A stretch of 59,594 bases of DNA from a virus (Duplodnaviria; Caudoviricetes): the IMG/VR virus record IMGVR_UViG_3300030055_000360, positions 1-59,594 of that record; one strand, given 5' to 3'. The translations under genes were made by a program, and so were the position numbers. The notes under the pieces are model-generated. The model searched no databases, was not told where the DNA came from, and saw nothing but the letters and a program-made list of their open reading frames with translations. Numbering within the stretch: the stretch's first letter is position 1; the number at the start of each line of letters is the position of its first letter. Positions 1 to 9,638 of this stretch are shown here, in pieces.

Positions 1-702
1 CTATCTTTCGGGAGCTCTATAACCAGCTGCTTCTGCTTCTTTAACTGTTTTAAACCATTGTGCAACATTTGTAGTTCTACTATAATAAGTGCTTCCTGGT
101 ACATGGTATATGTGAGTTTTACTTCCTTTTATAAGACCTTTTCCATTTGCATCTACATATTTAGTGGCACCTAAATTATTATCGACAACTGAATTGCTAT
201 TTGTATTTGAAACACTTGTACTCTTTTCTTGCATAGCTCCATTATCTGCTAAATAATAACCATCAACTGTTTTATTAGTTGCCATTGATCCATCAGCATT
301 TAAGTAATACCACTTGCCACTACTTTCTTTCCAACCAGTTTGCATTACTCCAGAATTATCACAATAATAGTCTTTTCCATTGTCTTTAATCCAACCTTTT
401 TGCATAATGCCTGATGAATTTAAATAATAACTTTTATTATTATCTTTAATCCATCCAGTTTGCATCTTACCGTCGCTGTTATAGTAATACGAGTTCCCAT
501 TTTCCTGTATCCATCCTGTTTTTTTAGTTTCTACTTGTTCTGCTTGTTTAGTTTGTACTTGTTCTACTTGTTTACTTCCATTTGTTTCTACTGCAGCTGT
601 ATTATTTTTATTACTAACTTGATTACTACCACCACATGAAATTAATACTATTGAAAATAGTGCAACTAACAGTAGACTAAATATTCTTTTAGTTTTTTTC
701 AT
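1..702 (-). CDS. Lipoprotein with choline/cell-wall-binding repeats and a C-terminal Ada-like/sunset-type domain
   Basis: Lipobox LISC; repeated GW..dngk.YY.n.sG.MqT units; C-terminal IKGSK..IYHVPG..YY...[11 protein letters not shown]. Confidence 0.8.
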   Translation of the reverse strand: MKKTKRIFSLLLVALFSIVLISCGGSNQVSNKNNTAAVETNGSKQVEQVQTKQAEQVETKKTGWIQENGNSYYYNSDGKMQTGWIKDNNKSYYLNSSGIMQKGWIKDNGKDYYCDNSGVMQTGWKESSGKWYYLNADGSMATNKTVDGYYLADNGAMQEKSTSVSNTNSNSVVDNNLGATKYVDANGKGLIKGSKTHIYHVPGSTYYSRTTNVAQWFKTVKEAEAAGYRAPER

Positions 703-727
703 TATTATTTCCCCTTAAAATCATTCT

Positions 728-1165
728 TTACCAACACTTACTACAACGTTCTTTACCTTTTTTTTCTGCTTCAGCGACTGTAGTTTTTGTTGCCTTACTA
801 GCATTCATGTTTCCACAATTAGGAATACTATGATATTTATCACCTGTTGCTGATAAATATGCAGTTTGGCTTTGTTTATCTGTTGCCCCACTACTATAAG
901 AAGTATTAGTTCCACTAGTTGTCCATGCTCCATTGGAATTCAAATAGCATCCATCAATTGTTGTATCATGCGCCATGTATCCATCAGAATAAAAATAATA
1001 CCAGTTTCCATCAATTTGCTTCCAATTGGTATCATATGAGTTTCCTTCTGTATACCACCAACCAACATTATTACTTTTCCATTCTGCATGTACTGCGATT
1101 GGATTTAATGCTAATAATGTTATTAAAGTAACAAAACTAGCAAGTATTCTTTTAAAGCCTTTCAT
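728..1165 (-). CDS. Secreted cell-wall-binding repeat protein with a C-terminal Zn-binding-like domain
   Basis: Signal peptide ending HA-EW; WKQIDGNWYYF repeat; TGDKYH...C...CSKC. Confidence 0.8.
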   Translation of the reverse strand: MKGFKRILASFVTLITLLALNPIAVHAEWKSNNVGWWYTEGNSYDTNWKQIDGNWYYFYSDGYMAHDTTIDGCYLNSNGAWTTSGTNTSYSSGATDKQSQTAYLSATGDKYHSIPNCGNMNASKATKTTVAEAEKKGKERCSKCW

Positions 1166-1441
1166 TATTACTCCCCCTTATGTAATTTATACTTTAATTG
1201 TATATTATTTGTAACTTTTGTCAAATATACTAAATGTATAAACATTATATATCCCCTGAATATTGTAAAAAGATAGTATTTTAAGTAACTAACCTAAATA
1301 CTATCTCTATTTTTTATGAATTTATTCAATTGAATATTAAATAAATTAGAGTTATGATATTTTTTGCAAAATGGACTAGTGGTAACTTCTATTACTGCCT
1401 TTCTTTTTTTATAAATCTTTTTATGTAACGCTTGTACATAA

Positions 1442-1615
1442 TTAAATTCCAAGTGCCTTTAAAAATATAGGAGTAACAATTTTGCTAAATATATCTGAAA
1501 ATAAAATTAAACCTTTTGCAGCAAATCCTCCAATTTGCTGAGGATACATTATACATATTGCAGCTAAAAAAAATCCTAATGCTGACTTCATTAAACTTGA
1601 TTTTGCTCTACTCAT
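1442..1615 (-). CDS. Unannotated 57-aa hydrophobic/amphipathic small protein
   Basis: ORF MSRAKSSLMKSALGFFLAAICIMYPQQIGGFAAKGLILFSDIFSKIVTPIFLKALGI with SD GAAAGGGTG; below the ORF-track length cutoff. Confidence 0.7.
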   Translation of the reverse strand: MSRAKSSLMKSALGFFLAAICIMYPQQIGGFAAKGLILFSDIFSKIVTPIFLKALGI

Positions 1616-1704
1616 ATTCTCACCCTTTCATAATAAATTGTTTGTATGGTTATATTCGCAAATATATACAATAACTTTCAATTTTTCACAACAAAAATAA
1701 CGAC

Positions 1705-1785
1705 AAAAAATGCAGCCAATTTAATGACTGCATCTTTATATCTATGAGATTATGAGAGATAAGGGGATTGGGTATCTTTTGTATG
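1705..1785 (-). ncRNA. Candidate small RNA (~80 nt) with C/U-rich anti-SD-like segment
   Basis: Extended -10 (TGtTATTAT, -10 at 1791-1796); terminator stem ATGCAGTCA/TGGCTGCAT followed by a U run; no ORF. Confidence 0.4.
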
Positions 1786-1848
1786 TCTATATAATAACAT
1801 AATGCGACAAAATAATCTATATTATTTAATAATATTTCTTTATTATTT

Positions 1849-1855
1849 TTCGACA
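1849..1855 (-). promoter_or_regulatory. Spo0A box (TGTCGAA)
   Basis: Exact TGNCGAA match; partial copies near 1803-1810 and 1699-1706. Confidence 0.4.
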
Positions 1856-1911
1856 AATGAAAGGCAGTAGTTTGAATTTCTCCTAGCTACTGATTGTATT
1901 ATTGTATTAAT

Positions 1912-2592
1912 TTAGTTTTTCTTATATTCTATCCAATCATCTGTTATTTTTTCTATTAATGCTATTGCATCATTAATACCCATTGGATTATTAGGTGCTG
2001 TAGCACTTGTATGTCCATGTCTTGCATCAATTATACCTAATACATTGGGGTCGTTCGCTGTTTGCTTAAAAGTTCTAAGTTCTTTGCTAGTTGCCCAACC
2101 TTTTCTCTCAATATTCGTATCTCTATTTATTACTTCATAGATTTTATATAAATTCTCCCATGTTCTTGGGTATGCTTTACTTAGTAAAGTGACAACCTTT
2201 TTAACATTATCATCTATCAATGACATATCATACAATTTCTTAATCTCTTCGATTTTATCACTAGGAAATACTTGATTAACTTTCATTTTACAATTTAAAT
2301 ATGAAATTGCCTGTCCATGAACTCCGCAAGTAATTATAGGTTGTACTTCTTTTAATTCTGCTGTAATTTTTTGTTTCAACATTGCACTTATAACACATAG
2401 TAATTCATCGATTTTTTCTTTTGCTATATTCTGTGCTTCCTCTATATTTTTAAATTCTATTATTGTTGTAGCCAATACACTATTTTCTTTTTTCATAAAT
2501 TCAAATTCATGTATTTTAACTACATTCGGAAAAGTAATATAACCACTTAACGAAAATGTTATTTTCCATTTTGTAAAACAATTTAAATTCAT
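1912..2592 (-). CDS. Moron protein, possibly ApeA/HEPN-like
   Basis: Stand-alone gene after the lysis cassette with its own SD; C-terminal W..LYKIYE...TAN......ARH motif. Confidence 0.4.
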   Translation of the reverse strand: MNLNCFTKWKITFSLSGYITFPNVVKIHEFEFMKKENSVLATTIIEFKNIEEAQNIAKEKIDELLCVISAMLKQKITAELKEVQPIITCGVHGQAISYLNCKMKVNQVFPSDKIEEIKKLYDMSLIDDNVKKVVTLLSKAYPRTWENLYKIYEVINRDTNIERKGWATSKELRTFKQTANDPNVLGIIDARHGHTSATAPNNPMGINDAIALIEKITDDWIEYKKN

Positions 2593-2738
2593 TAATTATA
2601 TTCCCCCTTGTATAATCTTTTATTATGTATATTGTACACGTATTTACAATTATATCCCACTATTTTATCTAATTTTAGACAAAAAAATAAAGGGTACAGG
2701 ATTAATCCCATACCCTCAAAATACTCTTGCTATTTAAA

Positions 2739-3494
2739 TTATTTTTCTATTGAATAAAACCAACTGCCTAATGCTGATCTTAGTTCATTGCACTTACTCA
2801 TTGGTATATATTCAGTTTCGATCCATATACCCTTAGCATTACCCCTTACGTAAACTTTAACACCATCAAAATATTCAAGTATAGATTTTATGTCAACCCC
2901 ATCATACCCATGGTATACAGCCGGTAAATAAGTTGTAATAACATAATTTTTAGATGTATCAACTCCATCTCCAGAAATGTTAGGATCTATTGATTTACAG
3001 AAAGTAAGGGCCAATTGATCCCATGAGTAATTATTATAGATCTCAATGTCTGTTGCATTATCACAAAAGCACATTTCAAATATTATGTTAGGTGCTGCAA
3101 CGTGGTTCATTTCATAAAGGCCATTATTAGTCTTAACACCTCTATTAGTGAACCCAAGTGCTGCAAAGTTATCACATAACCTTTGTGCTGCTGAATATGC
3201 TTTGCTATTTACAGAACTAACAAGGGCCTCAACGCCATGACCTTGACCATTGGATGCGTTCATGTGTAAGCTGATAAATATATCAACCTTTGCATTGTTT
3301 GCGGCTGCTGCCCCTTGTGATAGTTCAGCACCAGCATTTAATCCATTTGAATTACAATCAATAACAGTGTGGCCCTTTGATCTTAATAATGCAGCCACTA
3401 CCTCATAAAACTTTTGCATTTGGTCATATTCGTTAACTATGCCAACGGCTCCAACACAATTGGAACTGTGGCCACCTCTTAAACCTATAATCAT
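2739..3494 (-). CDS. Endolysin, N-acetylmuramoyl-L-alanine amidase (Amidase_3)
   Basis: GGH...E, ISLHMNA, IFEMCFCDN zinc-amidase motifs; directly downstream of the holins. Confidence 0.93.
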   Translation of the reverse strand: MIIGLRGGHSSNCVGAVGIVNEYDQMQKFYEVVAALLRSKGHTVIDCNSNGLNAGAELSQGAAAANNAKVDIFISLHMNASNGQGHGVEALVSSVNSKAYSAAQRLCDNFAALGFTNRGVKTNNGLYEMNHVAAPNIIFEMCFCDNATDIEIYNNYSWDQLALTFCKSIDPNISGDGVDTSKNYVITTYLPAVYHGYDGVDIKSILEYFDGVKVYVRGNAKGIWIETEYIPMSKCNELRSALGSWFYSIEK

Positions 3495-3721
3495 TATTGT
3501 AACGCCTCCTTATCACTTGTACTATCTGTTAAACCTTTTGTACTATTGTCAACAAGTACACCCAATCCAACTAATGCTCCAATGATTAAATTTAATGTGT
3601 TGGCCCAATCTTCTGGAAAGATCTTAAACCCTAACAATTGAGTTGTTGAAACCACAACGCCACCCATGTAAACCCAAAGGCCCTTATTTCTTAATCTTGC
3701 TTTTAAATCAAAAGTTTTCAT
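3494..3721 (-). CDS. Holin (2-TM, phiLC3/SPP1-like)
   Basis: ARLRNKGLW...LGVLVDNST.GL.DS; start chosen at 3721 from the SD. Confidence 0.85.
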   Translation of the reverse strand: MKTFDLKARLRNKGLWVYMGGVVVSTTQLLGFKIFPEDWANTLNLIIGALVGLGVLVDNSTKGLTDSTSDKEALQ

Positions 3722-3773
3722 TTTAACATACCTCATTTCTAAAATTTTGTATTAAAAAAGAGTAGCTATAAAA

Positions 3774-4175
3774 CTACTCTTTACTTACTGGTAAATCATT
3801 ATTTTTGTTTGTTTTTAATATTTCAAGTCGATCCTTTATTATATCCGGCATATTAACTCCACACGCCGCAAGGTTTTCTAATATACTTCCACCTTCTTTA
3901 ACGATGAAAAGCGACAAGGTTGCCCCGCATAGTACGAAATTCAAACCAAATAACAGATCTAATCCAAGAACGAATAATATTCCAATAAGTTCACCGATCC
4001 ATGTGATTATACCATCACGCATCTTAGAACTTTTATACCCCGTTCCGGTGCTTTTGAGACATTTTAAAATACCGCTTGTAAAATCAAAAAACTTACATGC
4101 AAAGTAAAATAAAAGCATGTAAGTTATCGGCTTTGGTAATAATCTTAATAATCCTGTTTGTAATATAATTTCCAT
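3774..4175 (-). CDS. Holin (phage holin family 4)
   Basis: D..SG.LK...SSKMRDG...EGGSILENL...G..P pattern; start at 4175 from the SD. Confidence 0.85.
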   Translation of the reverse strand: MEIILQTGLLRLLPKPITYMLLFYFACKFFDFTSGILKCLKSTGTGYKSSKMRDGIITWIGELIGILFVLGLDLLFGLNFVLCGATLSLFIVKEGGSILENLAACGVNMPDIIKDRLEILKTNKNNDLPVSKE

Positions 4176-4237
4176 ATTGTACCTACCTTTTTTAAATTTT
4201 TGTATAATAAAAGACACCTACATTCAAGTAAGTGTCT

Positions 4238-5974
4238 TTAAGTAATCTTGTATAATTTAATTTCAAATTTATCAAACTTATCTATCGGTTTAAACGTGTC
4301 AGATCCGCTAGTCATACTGGATAAAATTTTATTTATATCATCGAACCCGAAAGTATCAATATCAATTTTGTTTGGCATTGATCCACCCGTAAGAGTTAGT
4401 GGTAAAAATGAGTGTAATGCTACATCATAATATTTTGGATCAATAGAATAATAATTAGAATCTTTTTTAATTAAGAATTTATCAACTACTAAAGTTTCTA
4501 CTAACAATACTGGCCTAAAACCATTTGAGGCATCTACAAGATTTGTAGCAGTTGTTGGGTATGATGTATTCACTAACGCATATCCTCTAACATTAGTAGT
4601 AGTGGGGCCTGTTCTTGTAGATACTAAACTCGCGGGGCTTGGGTTACTCCAATTCCATACATTATTATCTCCAGCAGTTATGGTTCCACCAAGAGTTGAA
4701 CTGGCAATAATTTTATCCCATTCATTGTCTAAATCTAATGCAGAAGTACCTCCTGTAAGTAATCTTATTGAAAAATTATTTTGTTTTGATTGAGATTCAA
4801 ACATTTCTAACTTATAGATAGCAATATAGGTGTGACCATTATTTGCATTTATGTTCAATCTATATTTTGTATAAGAAATATTATTTGCAATATTAAACTC
4901 TTTGATTGAACCATTATACCAATTAGTTATATTTGTTTGAGTATCTAAAACTACCCATGAACTACCATTCCATCCTTCAAATGTCCACGACTTAGGTGAC
5001 CAAGTTATGGTAGAATAATAATGAGTTAATGTATATTTTTTAATTATTTTTGGTAAATCAAAATCATATTCTAGCCAACCAGTTGCAATGTTATTGCTTA
5101 TCCAACAAGATGAATCTGACCCATCTACCTTATCAAAAGCTTTATATGCATCATAACCAGTCATAGTAGAACTAGCTAAAGCTACTCCAGATGGTGCTAT
5201 ATTGTTGGTCATTTTAGGTATAGCATCAACGTCATTTATATAGGCCAAGGGTAATTCACTACATATCCCAGCACTATTTAAAGTGTCCCAAGAAATACTA
5301 TGCTGTATATTTCTATCAGCAATAAATTTCTTCCTACCTAAGTAGTCTTTGCCTACGTATACCCAATAGAAACTGCCATCAGGTATAGCAGAAGAAGTAG
5401 GGGGAATTAAGGAAGCAATTGTAGTACCTAACTCACTAAATGTTCCCACTTGCCCAGAAATTAAAGTGGTATATCTACATGGAATACAATCGCCAATATT
5501 TTTTATGTCATTAATATTATGAACTTCATTTAAAATTGGATGTATTAAAAACCCATTAGAGTCTATGTCTATGGCATCTAATCTACAATATTTACTGGTA
5601 GAACAATCATCTGAGGTTATTATTGATACTATATGATTTCCTAATGAAAGATTGGTAATTTCAAATACCAAAGCTTGATAAATATTAGATGATGAAGAGT
5701 ATTCAGTATAAGTATATTGTATACCATCTATCATAATTATAGTATCAGTATCTGATACTGAGAATAATTGTGATATTATTCTTAGTTTTGTACCATAAAA
5801 TTTGAATAATACCTTACTTCCCGGAACTGACGAATAGTGCATTAAGTTATTATAGTATGAACTATTACCAGATGATGTTACCCAAGTTCCATTATAAGAT
5901 ATTCTACTATCGGTATCGTCATATCTTTTCCATCCAGTCTCAGGTGCTGTTAAAGCTTGCCCAATTGTAGCCAT
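4238..5974 (-). CDS. Receptor-binding/tail adhesin: N-terminal beta-sandwich, C-type-lectin-like domain with inserted discoidin (F5/8C) domain
   Basis: GWKRYDD N-terminus; IADR.IQ..ISWD.LN; AYKAFD...W.EYDF...PKSWTFEG discoidin; NEWD; GFRPVL. Confidence 0.7.
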   Translation of the reverse strand: MATIGQALTAPETGWKRYDDTDSRISYNGTWVTSSGNSSYYNNLMHYSSVPGSKVLFKFYGTKLRIISQLFSVSDTDTIIMIDGIQYTYTEYSSSSNIYQALVFEITNLSLGNHIVSIITSDDCSTSKYCRLDAIDIDSNGFLIHPILNEVHNINDIKNIGDCIPCRYTTLISGQVGTFSELGTTIASLIPPTSSAIPDGSFYWVYVGKDYLGRKKFIADRNIQHSISWDTLNSAGICSELPLAYINDVDAIPKMTNNIAPSGVALASSTMTGYDAYKAFDKVDGSDSSCWISNNIATGWLEYDFDLPKIIKKYTLTHYYSTITWSPKSWTFEGWNGSSWVVLDTQTNITNWYNGSIKEFNIANNISYTKYRLNINANNGHTYIAIYKLEMFESQSKQNNFSIRLLTGGTSALDLDNEWDKIIASSTLGGTITAGDNNVWNWSNPSPASLVSTRTGPTTTNVRGYALVNTSYPTTATNLVDASNGFRPVLLVETLVVDKFLIKKDSNYYSIDPKYYDVALHSFLPLTLTGGSMPNKIDIDTFGFDDINKILSSMTSGSDTFKPIDKFDKFEIKLYKIT

Positions 5975-7101
5975 TAATAAATCACCTCATTTATTATATT
6001 TGTTTCCACATAATTTAATACAGGTCTAAAACCCAAATTATATGCACTATTAGACGTAGTCCAGTTTACATTATTCCAGCCATCATTTCTATACCCTCTA
6101 AGCATTCTCGATATATTAGAGGCTGTTGTGGAACCACTGGTATTTACCCATATTCCATTTATTGGAGTTTCTCTGCACCAGTTTTGAATGGTAGTTTTAT
6201 GATTCCATACTGTATTGTTATCTTTAGTTATTTTCCCATTTAATGTATTATTAACTATATATTTATCCCATTCATTATTAGTAGGAAAAGCTCCCAAACT
6301 TTTATCAGTTAATGACATATTCCCATTAGCATCCGTATAAGCACATCCACCAGAAAGAGAACGAATTATTTTATTAGAATATATTTCTAATTGAGCTATA
6401 CTAGCATTTATAGTACCAGATTGAGAATTAGTTATATATATTCTATATTTTTTATAAGATGTATTATTTGGAATACTAAATAATCTTCTTTCAGATGTTG
6501 CCCATGTTGCTTGACTAGTTTTTGTATCTAATACCATCCAATCATCTGTATCATTTAAGATATTATTACTACCTTCAAATGTCCAAGTAGTAGGAGAACC
6601 ATCTTGATTTCCACCACTAGCCGAGGTTATGGCATAAGCCTTAGCTATAATAGGGTTCAAAAATTCATAACCTATATATTTAGGTAATGCGTTTGAAAAG
6701 TACCAATAAGTAGAAATATCTAAATCAAATGCTTTATACGCAGGATAAGTTTGTCCTGAATAAAATATTCTACCTAAAGGAAGTACCTCAGATATCATTT
6801 TAGGAATTTCTTGTAAGGGTTTCCCTTCTATAAATCTAGAGGTATTTAATACATCCCAACTAATATTAGTTTGTATTACTCTATCTGCTATTAAAGTTCC
6901 TTTTGCCGTTTTAATAAAATAAAACAATCCATCTGGAGTTGCACTACCAGTAATGGGTATTTCATTGGCAATACATGTACCAAGTTCACTAAAAAATCCA
7001 GCAACACCACTTGTAGTTGCAGTATATCTACATGGAATACAATCTCCCACTAACATAGTATCTAAGCTTGTCTTTATTGTTAATCCCAATGGGCTTGACA
7101 T
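5974..7101 (-). CDS. Receptor-binding/tail adhesin paralog (CLec-like with discoidin insertion)
   Basis: Same GDCIPCRYT, IADR, AYKAFD, NEWDK and GFRPVL motifs as the neighbouring gene. Confidence 0.7.
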   Translation of the reverse strand: MSSPLGLTIKTSLDTMLVGDCIPCRYTATTSGVAGFFSELGTCIANEIPITGSATPDGLFYFIKTAKGTLIADRVIQTNISWDVLNTSRFIEGKPLQEIPKMISEVLPLGRIFYSGQTYPAYKAFDLDISTYWYFSNALPKYIGYEFLNPIIAKAYAITSASGGNQDGSPTTWTFEGSNNILNDTDDWMVLDTKTSQATWATSERRLFSIPNNTSYKKYRIYITNSQSGTINASIAQLEIYSNKIIRSLSGGCAYTDANGNMSLTDKSLGAFPTNNEWDKYIVNNTLNGKITKDNNTVWNHKTTIQNWCRETPINGIWVNTSGSTTASNISRMLRGYRNDGWNNVNWTTSNSAYNLGFRPVLNYVETNIINEVIY

Positions 7102-7114
7102 TTTATCACATCCT

Positions 7115-8350
7115 TTAGTAATTTATTTTTATATCTCCGCCTATATATAATTTAACTTGCATTAAGCTATTAGAAGCATAGATCACATCATACTCAGTGT
7201 TTTTAGCTTCTAACCAGAATCCTTGACCATCATACTGTAATTTTAAATCATCTATTGAATTATCATCTTGCATTAAGTAAGCAAACCTTATCTTGCTTGT
7301 GGTAGCTAATAGGTTCCAATAGTTACTAGTGATGGAGTTAAAATTTGCAAGAGTCATACCTCTAGACTTCACATCAGAGGCAGTTAGGGGTACAGTCTCC
7401 CAATGATCCACATTAAATGATTTATAAGTTGTACCACTATCAACGCTGCAAACAATTCTTAAATTACTACCTATGGCAGTTAGAGTAAACCCATCTATAT
7501 TACTAGCATTTGATAAGTTCATATCACCTTTTGATAATAATAGTCTATCATTAGGGATTGCTTTCATATTTAGTATTTGGTCAGTACCACTTGCTGTCAC
7601 ATTTAAACTAGTTATTGTTTTGAGGTTGCTTTTATCTATAGCCACACTATAAGTCTTATAGGTGTCAATGTTACTTTCTTTAATCATGGTAGATGTGAAG
7701 TCTGTTTTTAAATGAGCAGTACCATCAAATATAATCATATCATCAGATACAAAGTCATTGCCCTCACCATTAGTAAAAGCATTCTTGGTTTTAATTACAT
7801 TTTGATCTCCTAATTGAAATTTGAGTACATTGACTTTAGGTACTTTAAAATCAAGAGTACTTATAGGTATATCCACAATATTAGGGGTAGCAACACTTCC
7901 TGTAGTACCCATCTTACTTATTTGTTTTAAACTTAGTCCGGCTGCTTCTCCCATATCCCCTAAATCAATAGTAGTAAATTTAGTAGTGTCTCCAGAGTAA
8001 ACTACTATCTGCTTATCCTTCTTATTTATCACATCTACATCGGATAGTTCTTCAAACTTAGTAATTCTACTATTTATAATTTGTTCTAATATCTGTTCAC
8101 TTGACCAGGTAGTTAGGCCATTAGTAGTATTGTCATTAATCAACTCTTTTACATGATCTAAGATTTCTTGTGTTATTTTCTCACCTGACCAACTATTAAT
8201 GTCATTTGTTACACTATCATTAATTAATAATGATACTTGAGCTAGTATCTCACTTAGTATCTTCCTACTAGACCATCCCATTCCCAGACTTATAGAGGCA
8301 TCATCAAGTAGTATATCTTTATCTAGTGTTACATTAAAAAATTCACTCAT
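7115..8350 (-). CDS. Tail fibre/baseplate protein with N-terminal WSS..I repeats
   Basis: Three ~28-aa repeats (WSS/WSG..I..EI...V..LIND); position in the tail cluster. Confidence 0.55.
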   Translation of the reverse strand: MSEFFNVTLDKDILLDDASISLGMGWSSRKILSEILAQVSLLINDSVTNDINSWSGEKITQEILDHVKELINDNTTNGLTTWSSEQILEQIINSRITKFEELSDVDVINKKDKQIVVYSGDTTKFTTIDLGDMGEAAGLSLKQISKMGTTGSVATPNIVDIPISTLDFKVPKVNVLKFQLGDQNVIKTKNAFTNGEGNDFVSDDMIIFDGTAHLKTDFTSTMIKESNIDTYKTYSVAIDKSNLKTITSLNVTASGTDQILNMKAIPNDRLLLSKGDMNLSNASNIDGFTLTAIGSNLRIVCSVDSGTTYKSFNVDHWETVPLTASDVKSRGMTLANFNSITSNYWNLLATTSKIRFAYLMQDDNSIDDLKLQYDGQGFWLEAKNTEYDVIYASNSLMQVKLYIGGDIKINY

Positions 8351-8364
8351 TCAATTGTTACCCC

Positions 8365-9366
8365 CTATTCATTAATAATTAATTGAAAATCTCTAACTGA
8401 GAAGTTATGGTTATTCACATTCTTAGTTACTTTTACATAGATATTTTTTTCTTCATTTTGATAAATATCTATGCTTATAGTATTTGCATAAGTGACACCA
8501 TCAAGGCTAAGCTGTACTAGGTCATTTGAACTAGTTTGAGTTCCTATTACTAGTCCAGTGTAATCTTTACTTCCTACATTTTTAATAACCATTAATTCAT
8601 CTAAATCTTGTAATAAAGCGGGGGTAATATCGGAAATTACACTTCCATGATATATGATTTCAAAATTATAAGGACTACACACCCAAACATCTCCATAACC
8701 CAAAACTAAGGGATCGGTATTATTACCTATTATATTTCCCTCTGTGTCTTTAAATGTGAAGTATCCTTCTATATTGTTGTTATCTAAATATATTTTACAT
8801 TTAAAATTATCATCAAATGCTCTAGCAATTAATAAGTTGTTTTCAGTATCATATAATTCACATATAGTACCTGACGGGTAATTTTGTATAGTAAGATAAG
8901 GACAAGTATATACTTTGTAATCATCCAATATAAAATCCTCGGTTCCATATTTCATAAAGCCTTGTTTCGTTATATCCTCCGAAAATTCCATGCCTCCTAT
9001 GTTGATATAATTTACACCATCCTCACTTACATAAGCCTGGATATAATTATCTTGTTTTAATATCTTCCAATAATTATGCTGAGTGTTAAATTCATTGTCC
9101 TTAATACCAAAAGTGTAATCACTATTGCCTAAGTAGATCATTGCATAATTACTAGGGTTAGGGGTTGTAAAATTCTCTTTCTTAACTTCTATCACAAATT
9201 CATTATAAGCAAATGATCTTTCTATCTTATTATCAGATATTAATTTCAATTCACCAGTTGCTATATCTCTGCTTACATTATTACTACCCGCAAAATCACC
9301 AAAAGTAGAGACTAAGAAAAAATTCTCAGCCTCTAATAAACCATTTTTAACTTTTATAAGCTTCAT
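8365..9366 (-). CDS. Baseplate/tail accessory beta-sandwich protein
   Basis: Beta-rich sequence within the distal tail operon. Confidence 0.45.
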   Translation of the reverse strand: MKLIKVKNGLLEAENFFLVSTFGDFAGSNNVSRDIATGELKLISDNKIERSFAYNEFVIEVKKENFTTPNPSNYAMIYLGNSDYTFGIKDNEFNTQHNYWKILKQDNYIQAYVSEDGVNYINIGGMEFSEDITKQGFMKYGTEDFILDDYKVYTCPYLTIQNYPSGTICELYDTENNLLIARAFDDNFKCKIYLDNNNIEGYFTFKDTEGNIIGNNTDPLVLGYGDVWVCSPYNFEIIYHGSVISDITPALLQDLDELMVIKNVGSKDYTGLVIGTQTSSNDLVQLSLDGVTYANTISIDIYQNEEKNIYVKVTKNVNNHNFSVRDFQLIINE

Positions 9367-9377
9367 CTTATCACCTA

Positions 9378-9638
9378 CTAAACTCTAGGTTGAATAACAT
9401 AGTTGTATGGTACAAGCTCTACAACTTGTATATTGGAACTAGAAGTTCCTTGAGCTATTAAATCATGAACCTGTGCTAATACATCAGAATAAGAACTTGT
9501 AACGTAATCTGATATAGCATTACCAGAATCATCGGTTTCGCCTCCATAAGGTAAACTAGTTAGAACCTTACTTTTTAATATACCCCACACCTTTTGTCTT
9601 GGGTCTTTAAAATCTATGTCTCCTATTTTCATACTCAC
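9378..9638 (-). CDS. Hypothetical tail-cluster protein
   Basis: ORF translationally coupled to its neighbours. Confidence 0.5.
   Translation of the reverse strand: MSMKIGDIDFKDPRQKVWGILKSKVLTSLPYGGETDDSGNAISDYVTSSYSDVLAQVHDLIAQGTSSSNIQVVELVPYNYVIQPRV

Noticed and set aside
2940-2990. Internal translation start in the endolysin linker (CD27L/CTP1L-like two-product lysin)
   Set aside because: GGAG motifs are present in the linker, but the nearby ATG and TTG are out of frame and no in-frame start sits at the right spacing.
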